Shown piece after piece: positions 28,929 to 37,548 of a stretch of DNA of 64,000 nucleotides; the first letter of the stretch is position 1; each line of letters begins with the position of its first letter. Location of the stretch: positions 36,702 to 100,701 of IMG/VR virus record IMGVR_UViG_3300037851_000950; one strand, written 5' to 3'. The DNA comes from a virus. The notes beneath the pieces were generated by a model. It was given only the letters and a program-made list of their open reading frames with translations, was not told the DNA's origin and did not search any database. The position numbers were made by a program, and so were the translations under genes.

Positions 28929-31027
28929 GCTGGCTACTGAGTACATTTCTGGAACCTAACTTTAACGGTGCGTTGATGGACGCTCTTTATTTGAAGGGAG
29001 GGTTTCGTATTGTCAATACGCAAGCACAAATGCTTGCCATCCCCTACCTCTATCGCACGCTCAACGACAAAGAAGCAACTGTTGTTTATGTAAGAAGTAC
29101 GAAGATTCTTTACCAGCTCACGACTAATCCGTCCGGAGATTCGACAGCACTCACTGACTGGGAACCCATCGAACTCGGTGGTTCCAGTTCATTTCGTCCG
29201 GTCGGTGAATGGGATCCTTACATGAATCTTCCGGAACTCAGCGATGCCGGTGCGGCGGGAAGAAACGGAGAGTTTTACTTTGTAATCAACTGTCCGAGTC
29301 CGGATGTATTTACAATTCCCGGATTGTTTCAGGATACTGCAGTCACTCTGAGTAACGGTGCGATGATTGTATCAGTAGGTAACTATTGGACCGCAATCTC
29401 TCAGACTACCTCTTGGGATGCCTTGGTAAAACCCCAAGTCATTATTGATTATGTAAATGGAATAGTTATTCCTCACACCCATCATGTGAGCGACATCGTT
29501 GGCTTTGGTGACATCACGGGTGATTTCTACACGATTGCAGATACTGCAGATCACACCATTCCATTCGATACTGTTCCGAACCTGGCAATTACAGAAGTCG
29601 AGTTCTTACGTACCTGGTACTACACAAAGATCAATATCGATTCTCAATTCCTGCGTAAGGTTGGTGACACTGGAGTATTCGCTTTCACTTTTGCCAACAA
29701 TCAGGGGATTGATTCTGACGGAACTGCAGGCATCGACGTACTTAATATTGGAACACAAAATGCGGACATCATCAATATCGGTAAGATTGGGGGTACAGTC
29801 AACATCAACGGAACTGTCAACTACAACAATCAGACAAACCTTGCGATTACTGACAAGCTCATCCGTCTCAACGTCAATGGGGCTGGAGGCAGCGGTTCGG
29901 GAGTGGGTTTCGAAATCGAAGAAGGCGGTACGGGTGTCATTACCGGATATGTAAAGACCAACGGTGCCCGGGACGGATACCTGTTCAATACCCCAGCCTC
30001 GCTTTATGATGCGGATCTGAATTTCTCTGCCCTTTCAGCCAACAGGGTATTCACTTTCCCAGACTCCTCTGGCACCCTGGCGCTCGTAGCCTCTACGCTG
30101 TCTACCAGCCTTGCCAGCGGGAAAGTGTGGCTTGGTAACGGCGGTGGTACTGCAGCGCAGGTAACCCTTTCGGGGGACGTAACTGTCGACAATGCCGGGG
30201 TCACGGCGATCGGTGCCAATAAGGTGCTGACCTCCATGATCCTGAACTCAAACGTCACCTATGCCAAGATCCAGAATGTCACCGGCACCCGGCTCCTGGG
30301 TCGGTACACCGGCTCCTCGGGGGTCATCGAGGAGGTAACCCTCAATTCTGATCTGGAATTCAATGGTTCAGCCATCCGGACGGCGGCCTTTACCGGCGAC
30401 GTAACCAAGGCGGCCGGCGGGACGGCCCTTACCATAGCCGATGACGCGGTGACCTACGCCAAGATGCAGAATGTGGCCTTCAATAACAGGGTCCTGGGAC
30501 GCGTTTCCGGGGCCGCTGGCGACGTCGAGGAGCTGACCGGGACGCAAGTCACCGCTCTGCTCGATGCCTTTACCAGCGGGCTAAAAGGGCTGGCTCCGGC
30601 CTCTGGCGGAGGTACGACCAACTTTCTTCGGGCGGACGGTACTTGGGCGGCACCAGGCGGCACCGGCCACGCGATCTACAATGGTGCGGACGTATCACCC
30701 CTTACCCAACGTACCCCTTTAAGGTTCCGGAACGGGCTGACGGCCTCGGACGTGGCTTCGGAAACGGTTGCCGAGCTGGGCGGAGATATTCTGGCGAACA
30801 CGGCAATTACCGGCGCTTACATCCTTTCCTTAAATACAAAGGCCGTAAGTCTCTTTGCGTCAGCTCCCACTCTCAATTCCGGTGACAAAATCATGTTTAT
30901 GGGAGTTTGTACTACTCCGCCTGCGGCAGCTCCGACAAATGGTATTTATATTTGGGTAGAGGCGGTTAACGGAGTTTACGAACTTCGGATAATGGATTCT
31001 GGCGGTAACATCAAAGGATTATCATAA
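28925..31027 (+). CDS. Tail fibre protein, 700 aa
   Basis: GTG start overlapping the upstream TGA. HTH metal-binding fibre motif (PHTHH), VTYAK(I/M)QNV repeats and a GLAPASGGGTTNFLRADGTW hinge. Confidence 0.75.
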   Translation: MSWLLSTFLEPNFNGALMDALYLKGGFRIVNTQAQMLAIPYLYRTLNDKEATVVYVRSTKILYQLTTNPSGDSTALTDWEPIELGGSSSFRPVGEWDPYMNLPELSDAGAAGRNGEFYFVINCPSPDVFTIPGLFQDTAVTLSNGAMIVSVGNYWTAISQTTSWDALVKPQVIIDYVNGIVIPHTHHVSDIVGFGDITGDFYTIADTADHTIPFDTVPNLAITEVEFLRTWYYTKINIDSQFLRKVGDTGVFAFTFANNQGIDSDGTAGIDVLNIGTQNADIINIGKIGGTVNINGTVNYNNQTNLAITDKLIRLNVNGAGGSGSGVGFEIEEGGTGVITGYVKTNGARDGYLFNTPASLYDADLNFSALSANRVFTFPDSSGTLALVASTLSTSLASGKVWLGNGGGTAAQVTLSGDVTVDNAGVTAIGANKVLTSMILNSNVTYAKIQNVTGTRLLGRYTGSSGVIEEVTLNSDLEFNGSAIRTAAFTGDVTKAAGGTALTIADDAVTYAKMQNVAFNNRVLGRVSGAAGDVEELTGTQVTALLDAFTSGLKGLAPASGGGTTNFLRADGTWAAPGGTGHAIYNGADVSPLTQRTPLRFRNGLTASDVASETVAELGGDILANTAITGAYILSLNTKAVSLFASAPTLNSGDKIMFMGVCTTPPAAAPTNGIYIWVEAVNGVYELRIMDSGGNIKGLS

Positions 31028-31410
31028 TGGGACTCAAGACAATACAATCCGTATCCGGAGAAGCTTCAACCACCGACGACAGCACTTGGGTATCCGTTGC
31101 TACATTTTCGGTTGGCTCAAACTGTTCAATCAGGATTTCGAACATCTTTGCTCTTGGAAGAACTACGAACGGTACAGTAGGACAGCATGCGTACGCCGAA
31201 GCGCTTCACCGCGCCAGGCGTGTTTCTGGTACGCTGACTCTTCAGGGATCGATCGTATTTTTGATGACTTTCACGACTGGATCAGACGCAGCACTTACAA
31301 GTTGTGCCATGCAGTTAATTGTTTCAGGTGGAGATCTCATCCTACAAGTAAAAGGTGTGGCCGGAAGGAACATCGACTGGTATGGTGGCTTCACGGTAAC
31401 ACTTAACTAA
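31027..31410 (+). CDS. Small beta-rich fibre tip/accessory protein, 127 aa
   Basis: TAATG-coupled between two fibre genes; all-beta composition. Confidence 0.5.
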   Translation: MGLKTIQSVSGEASTTDDSTWVSVATFSVGSNCSIRISNIFALGRTTNGTVGQHAYAEALHRARRVSGTLTLQGSIVFLMTFTTGSDAALTSCAMQLIVSGGDLILQVKGVAGRNIDWYGGFTVTLN

Positions 31411-34400
31411 TGGCCGTACGGATACGATTCAGAAAATATTACGAGTGCGACACCGAAGCTGAACGCAATTTAGACTGGGGTGCCGACTCGATAATCTATA
31501 CTCTCGATACCAGCAAGTATTTCAAGATTCTTGCTGGCGATTATGTCGAGATTCCGCCAGACGAGGTTGTCTTCGCTTCGCCTATTCCGCTTACCAAAAT
31601 TGCAATCAGTGGTGTTGCTGATGGATCTCGCTTCTTGCGGGATGACGGTGCCTGGGCAGATCCCCCTGGAGGTGGTGCCAGTATCTTCACCGAACTGCTT
31701 GACGTGCCTGCATCCTATACAGGACACGCATTGAAGCTCACCCGGGTCAACGCTGGTGAAACCGGGCTTGAATTCTACACACTCCCGTCCTACCAGCCCT
31801 TGGATGCCGACCTGACGGCCATTGCCGCACTGTCGGGGTCCACGGGTTTTCTCAAGAAGACTGCTCCTGATACCTGGTCGATTGATACCGGAACTTACGT
31901 ACTGAGCAGTGATGCCTGGCTTGCTGCAAGCGGAGTTACGCTTACTGGCAACAACACAATTACAATGGGCGTAAATACGATTACCTTTTCTGGTAATCGT
32001 GTGTCTTTCACTCCGGATGCAACAAATGCCGGTATTAATGTGGGTTCCATCTCTGCCAATCCGTCTGGCTCCATCACTGGAGATATATGGTATAGAACAT
32101 CCGATGGAACTTATTGGGGCAAGCACGGCGGCGGTAATGATGTTTTTGCATTTGCCGGTAGCGTATCCACAAACCAGATACCGTATAGTACGGGCGTTGG
32201 GACCGGAAGGCTTGCGGGAAGCACAGGACTTACGTATACTACATCTGCAGGATTGTCTGTGTCAGCTACAAACGGCAGTACAATAACAAGTACTGTTGCG
32301 TCTACGATGCTTACGCTAAGCACGGGTAGCAATACAGGCGCTATTGCGATGATCAGTAATACAGTTCAGCGCAATCGTCTGCTTTGGACAAACGTGCTTC
32401 CGGCGTACTTTGAGAGTGGACTCGGTGTGGGGTCAATGAACGCCAACGTGTCTTCGTTCTGGGTGAACGGAACAACCTTACTTGCAAACGCAAGTACAGA
32501 TACCTTAACATCCTCAACCAGACTCGACGTTCGTGGTGTAAGCGGAGGAAATATCTGGGTCGGCAAGGATAGTACGGGGACCGAACGATTGACATTTACC
32601 GATACAGGTCTTACTACAATCAAGACCGAACTGGGTACTACGTTCAGGATTCAGAATGCGGCAAACACCGCAGCACTTGCCTTTGTAACCAACTCTTCAA
32701 ACCCATCTATTACACAGACTGGAGGTAATTCCTTTGATATTAGTCACTCGGTAGGTCCCCGACTTATGGTCGGAAGCGCTCCATATTTTGTAGTTGTGAG
32801 TGGAAACCACACAACGGTAGAGTCTGCTGGAACCACTGCTCCTACAAACGCAGCCACTCAAATAAGCTCTATCAAATTCAACCTCAAGAACATGATCTGG
32901 AACGGCACTGATGCTGATTCAGGATTCTATACCTTTCAGAACGTTGCGAGTACATCTACGAATACCGAAAGCAACCTGGTCCTGACTTACGAGACCGGTG
33001 CTAACTACTATGATCATAAACCGAACACGGTTGTCTCTACTCTTCTGAAAGTTAACAATAGCGGTGGACTTACACTCGGTAATCCGTCGAGCTATGTCAT
33101 CGTTGGCCTTGCTACATCTTCTGTTGCGGGTTCGATTTACATTGAAGGAAGTGCAACCCCATCTCTTACATTCGCCACCACTTCCGGGGCCACGAGACAG
33201 TGGAGTTTTATAAGCGGAGTAAGCGGAACCGACCTTACACTTCGCTACGCTGCAGCATCTTCAACTGAACTGATGTACTTCAGTGGACCTAATTTGAGCG
33301 TGGGTTTCGGCGGAACTACTGATTCAACCACAAGAGTCGGAATAAGGGGGATAAGCGGGGGAAGCATCCTGACACTGAAGGACAATACAGGTTCGGCCAT
33401 AAGGTTTTCTGTGAGTGATGCTGGTTTACTAACTGTTAATGGTGCAAGTACATTTAACAACTCTATAACTTTAGCGGGAACTAATAATGCGTTTGCCAAT
33501 ACCTCTACATTGACTTCAGGTGGGGCAAACGCAATATCTCACACTGGTGGGTATACTCATTCCTCTGCAACAACGTCATCTTTCAGTGCAAGTGGAACAG
33601 TCAATACAACGGGCACTGCGGTTGTAAAAGTATTCCAAAGTGCACATAGTATTACTGCTGCTATCGACTACACTGGATTTTATCACAATCCAACCAATCC
33701 TTCTAATATATCCGGGGTGCATTTGGCGTTTCATGCCGTGACAGGTTCCTATCTTGCAGGTACAGCTTTACCGTCAACGGTTGGTCTTTACAGCGTTAGT
33801 TCCTCAACGAACGCAACGGTGAACGCGGCTGTTTATGAGAACACTCATGCGGGGACGTCTGCTGCCATACAGATGATGTTCCTCAATGACGGGGGTAGAA
33901 GCGGTAGGATTACCATGACTTCGCAGGCAAACTCAATATTTGCAAACACATTCTTTATAACAACAAGTGCCAACGATGTCCCCCTCATTTTAGGTACGAA
34001 TGGCAACACCCCACGTATCACGATTGGCGGTACTGGTGTTATCACTCTTCACACAACTCCTGCTGCTGCTTCTGCAAGTGCTGATAAATTCTTAATGCGA
34101 GATAGCACAGGTGTTCTTCAGGAACTTACTATGACGGGTACTCCTGATGGAACCAAGTTCTTCAGAGATGACGGCTCGTGGCAGTCTGTGACCAGTGGAT
34201 TCAGTGATCCGATGACTACCAGAGGTGACATTATCGTTAGAAATGCCTCAAACGTAACAGCAAGATTAGGTGTCGGCACTGCAGATCAGGTTTTGACCAG
34301 TGACGGCACAGACGTTTTCTGGGGATCTCCTCCTGGAGGAGTCAGTGGTGGATTGTACTTCAAATTCGATACCTCGACTTCTTCTGCTGATCCAGGCTCG

Positions 34401-37256
34401 GGCGATGTCAGATATGACAACGCAACTCCTTCTTCAGTAGCTAACATCTACATCAGCGAAACTTCTTCGGAAGGCATCGATATTTCTACCGTCCTGGATA
34501 ATCTGGCAACCAATGATAGAATTTTGATTCGTCAGTCCAGTGATCCGACAAAAGCTCAATTGTTCCAAGTCAGCGGGTCTATTACCGACAACGGTGCTTG
34601 GAGGACGATTCCTGTAACCTATGTGTCAGGTGGAAGCGGAGGACTTCCTGGTAATGGAAAGGATCTCTCCATATCGCGAGTAACTACTCCGCCGGCCAGC
34701 GGCGGATACACTAATCTGACCCAATTCATTGCTCAGACGGCTTGGAGACTTTTCTACTCTGATGCTAATGGAGATGTCCAGGAACTTGCTCTCGGTGCTT
34801 CAGGAAACTTCCTTCAGTCAAACGGTGCATCCTCGGTACCTACTTGGGTCGCCCCTGCAGGCAGTGGGGACATGCTGTTAGGCACAGCGCAAGTTGTCAC
34901 GGCATCAAAAACATTTGATCCGGGAACTTTACTGTTGAACGATACCGCATCTGCGTTTAATTTGATTCTTGGATCAACCGGTACGTCGTTGTCAGCAAAC
35001 AGAACGCTCTCATTTGCTGTGAACAACGCAGACCGTTTGTTGACAATAAATGGAGACACAACTTTATCAGGCGGTACACATTCAGGAACAAACACCGGAG
35101 ATCAAACAATCACACTTACTGGAGATGTAACCGGTTCAGGTACTGGCTCATTTGCCGCAACTATTGCAAACTCTGCTGTTACTCTGGCAAAGATGGCAGA
35201 TGTTGCTACTGCCAGTATATTCTATCGTAAAACATCGGGCACTGGCGTACCAGAAGTACAGACGTTAGCTACTTTAAAAACTGATCTTGGATTAACAGGT
35301 ACGAACTCAGGCGATCAGACTATTACTCTGACTGGAGATGTAACAGGCTCTGGTACAGGATCTTTTGCGACCACTATTGGAAGTAACGTAGTTACATACG
35401 CAAAAATACAACAGTCTTCTGCTGGATTTACAATCATTGCAAAAGCTACTACTGGCGCAGGCAACTATGCAGAATTGGCTGCTGGTGCAGACAGTATTCT
35501 AATGCGCTCTGGCTCTGGCAACCTTACGTTTGGTACTATTGTCACCAACCAAATTGGTACATCTCAGGTAACCTACGGCAAAATACAAAATGCCTCTGCT
35601 GGATTCACTATTCTGGCGAATGCGACGACCGGTGTTGGCGCTTACGCCGAACTGACTGCAGGTACGGATTCCATTCTGATGAGATCCGGCTCAGGAAATT
35701 TGACATTCGGAACGATTGTCACTAATCAGATTGGAGCAAACCAAGTAACCTTAGCCAAAATGGCTCAGGTAGCAACAGCTACTGTCTTCTATCGCAAAAC
35801 TGCTGGTACAGGAGATCCCGAGGTTCAGACACTGGCTACACTTAAAACTGATCTCGGTCTTACTGGTACAAACTCTGGCGACCAGACATCCATTGTTGGA
35901 ATAACTGGTACAAAGGCTCAATTTGATACTGCTGTTACAGACGGCAACTTTATGTATGTTGGCGATGCGCCGACAGCACACACTCATACGCTTGCTGATA
36001 TCACAGATGTAACTGCAAGTGCTACGGAAGTCAACCTTTTGGATCTCTCTGGTCTCACTGCTGGATGGGTATTACGCGCAACAGCAGCTACAACAGCAGC
36101 GTGGGGACAGCTTCTCGGATCTCAAATCAGTAACGACCTTGGCTGGATCACAGGGAACCAAACTATCACTCTTTCAGGGGATGTAACTGGCTCGGGTACA
36201 ACCGCCATCACTACTGCTATTGGAGTTAATAAGGTAGTGTACTCTATGATTCAGCAGGCGTCAGCCGGTTTTACAATATTAGCAAAGGCGACTACCGGTG
36301 CTGGTAACTATGCTGAACTTGCAGCAGGAACAGATTCGGTTCTCATGCGTTCGGGTTCTGGAAACATTACTTTCGGAACCATAGTAACCAATCAAATCGG
36401 AGCTTCTCAAGTCACGTATGCGAAAATTCAGAATGCGTCGGCAGGATACACAATTCTCGCAAAGGTCAATACTGGATCTGGTGCTTATGCAGAACTCGCC
36501 GCAAGTGCAGATGGTGTTTTGCGTAGAAGTGGATCTGGAGATCTTGCGTTTGGTTCTTTGGTAACAGCAAATATTGGCGACTCTCAAATTACATACGCCA
36601 AACTGCAAAACGCATCGGCCGGCTACACCATTCTTGCTAAGGCGACTACTGGTTCAGGAGCGTATACTGAACTTGCTGCTATTACCAATGGAGTTCTTGG
36701 TCGTCAAGGATCGGGAGATCTTCAGTTTGCACAAATAGCCAGCTCTCAGATTGCAGATGCCCAGGTTACCAACGCCAAAATGACTAACATGGCGGGTTAT
36801 ACCATTAAGGGAAATATTAACGTAGGTTCTGCGACACCTCAAGATCTTACCGGAACTCAGGTCACTACTCTGCTTGACGTTTTTACGACCACTCTCAAAG
36901 GTCTTGTGCCAGCTTCAGGGGGCGGAACCACGAATTTCCTCAGAGCTGATGGAACCTGGGCTGCCCCTGGGAGCGGTGGGATATCGCGAACTGTGAGCAA
37001 TGTGTCTGCATCGCAGACTCTTGGGGCCGCAGCAACAACAGACTACATCTATTTCGCATCTTCAACCATTACTTTAACTTTGCCTACAGCTGTCGGAAAT
37101 ACCAACCGCTACACTGTGAAAAACGTGGGCTATGGCACAATCACCGTCGAAACTACGAGTTCTCAGCTTATCGACGGTGAGCTGTCCATATCGATTTTCA
37201 CTCGCAATAATTCCGTAGATTTGGTAAGCGATGGTACTAACTGGAACATAATTTAA
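31410..37256 (+). CDS. Very long mosaic tail fibre with internal repeats, 1948 aa
   Basis: T/S/G/A-rich. Common fibre modules: YQPLDADLTAIAAL, MTTRGDIIVR...RLGVGT..QVL, ITLTGDVTGSGT, AHTHTLADITD, FLRADGTW, and C-terminal TLTLPTAVGNTN...DG..W.II. Confidence 0.8.
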   Translation: MAVRIRFRKYYECDTEAERNLDWGADSIIYTLDTSKYFKILAGDYVEIPPDEVVFASPIPLTKIAISGVADGSRFLRDDGAWADPPGGGASIFTELLDVPASYTGHALKLTRVNAGETGLEFYTLPSYQPLDADLTAIAALSGSTGFLKKTAPDTWSIDTGTYVLSSDAWLAASGVTLTGNNTITMGVNTITFSGNRVSFTPDATNAGINVGSISANPSGSITGDIWYRTSDGTYWGKHGGGNDVFAFAGSVSTNQIPYSTGVGTGRLAGSTGLTYTTSAGLSVSATNGSTITSTVASTMLTLSTGSNTGAIAMISNTVQRNRLLWTNVLPAYFESGLGVGSMNANVSSFWVNGTTLLANASTDTLTSSTRLDVRGVSGGNIWVGKDSTGTERLTFTDTGLTTIKTELGTTFRIQNAANTAALAFVTNSSNPSITQTGGNSFDISHSVGPRLMVGSAPYFVVVSGNHTTVESAGTTAPTNAATQISSIKFNLKNMIWNGTDADSGFYTFQNVASTSTNTESNLVLTYETGANYYDHKPNTVVSTLLKVNNSGGLTLGNPSSYVIVGLATSSVAGSIYIEGSATPSLTFATTSGATRQWSFISGVSGTDLTLRYAAASSTELMYFSGPNLSVGFGGTTDSTTRVGIRGISGGSILTLKDNTGSAIRFSVSDAGLLTVNGASTFNNSITLAGTNNAFANTSTLTSGGANAISHTGGYTHSSATTSSFSASGTVNTTGTAVVKVFQSAHSITAAIDYTGFYHNPTNPSNISGVHLAFHAVTGSYLAGTALPSTVGLYSVSSSTNATVNAAVYENTHAGTSAAIQMMFLNDGGRSGRITMTSQANSIFANTFFITTSANDVPLILGTNGNTPRITIGGTGVITLHTTPAAASASADKFLMRDSTGVLQELTMTGTPDGTKFFRDDGSWQSVTSGFSDPMTTRGDIIVRNASNVTARLGVGTADQVLTSDGTDVFWGSPPGGVSGGLYFKFDTSTSSADPGSGDVRYDNATPSSVANIYISETSSEGIDISTVLDNLATNDRILIRQSSDPTKAQLFQVSGSITDNGAWRTIPVTYVSGGSGGLPGNGKDLSISRVTTPPASGGYTNLTQFIAQTAWRLFYSDANGDVQELALGASGNFLQSNGASSVPTWVAPAGSGDMLLGTAQVVTASKTFDPGTLLLNDTASAFNLILGSTGTSLSANRTLSFAVNNADRLLTINGDTTLSGGTHSGTNTGDQTITLTGDVTGSGTGSFAATIANSAVTLAKMADVATASIFYRKTSGTGVPEVQTLATLKTDLGLTGTNSGDQTITLTGDVTGSGTGSFATTIGSNVVTYAKIQQSSAGFTIIAKATTGAGNYAELAAGADSILMRSGSGNLTFGTIVTNQIGTSQVTYGKIQNASAGFTILANATTGVGAYAELTAGTDSILMRSGSGNLTFGTIVTNQIGANQVTLAKMAQVATATVFYRKTAGTGDPEVQTLATLKTDLGLTGTNSGDQTSIVGITGTKAQFDTAVTDGNFMYVGDAPTAHTHTLADITDVTASATEVNLLDLSGLTAGWVLRATAATTAAWGQLLGSQISNDLGWITGNQTITLSGDVTGSGTTAITTAIGVNKVVYSMIQQASAGFTILAKATTGAGNYAELAAGTDSVLMRSGSGNITFGTIVTNQIGASQVTYAKIQNASAGYTILAKVNTGSGAYAELAASADGVLRRSGSGDLAFGSLVTANIGDSQITYAKLQNASAGYTILAKATTGSGAYTELAAITNGVLGRQGSGDLQFAQIASSQIADAQVTNAKMTNMAGYTIKGNINVGSATPQDLTGTQVTTLLDVFTTTLKGLVPASGGGTTNFLRADGTWAAPGSGGISRTVSNVSASQTLGAAATTDYIYFASSTITLTLPTAVGNTNRYTVKNVGYGTITVETTSSQLIDGELSISIFTRNNSVDLVSDGTNWNII
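35090..36830 (+). repeat. Intragenic tandem protein repeats in the 1948-aa fibre
   Basis: About five ~50-aa units of VTY(A/G)KIQ(Q/N)ASAG(F/Y)TILAKATTGAG.YAEL.AG.DS.LMRSGSGNLTFGTIVTNQIG, two VTLAKMA.VATA..FYRKT.GTG.PEVQTLATLKTDLGLTGTNSGDQT units and three TITL(T/S)GDVTGSGT units. Confidence 0.85.
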
Positions 37257-37260
37257 CGCT

Positions 37261-37542
37261 ATGGCCTATCAAGACGAATCAGAAGAAGCCAGGGAAGAAA
37301 CCCTGATTCTTATGCGCAGATTGCTCAAGGTGGTTGAAAGCCTGGGAGTAGTTGATGTTGCTGGCCGTCAACGCGTCGCCATAGATGCCATTACTTCAGG
37401 TCTTACTCTCGCAACCATTACCACCGTATCCAGTGTGACCAACGTAGCTGGCCAAACTGCATTGGCTGGTATGGATCGTGAAATGTATATCAATGCGGCA
37501 CGCACAACTCACAATAACGCAATCAGAAACAATCTAAATTAA
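37261..37542 (+). CDS. Stand-alone ~90-aa fibre adaptor module (paralogue of the duplicated N-terminal domain of 40376..42628)
   Basis: Shares LIL.RRL.K..ESLG..DVA.RQR...DAI...LTL.T.TTV.SVTNVAGQTALAGMDREMYIN.AR with both N-terminal repeats of the 750-aa fibre. Confidence 0.7.
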   Translation: MAYQDESEEAREETLILMRRLLKVVESLGVVDVAGRQRVAIDAITSGLTLATITTVSSVTNVAGQTALAGMDREMYINAARTTHNNAIRNNLN

Positions 37543-37548
37543 AACATC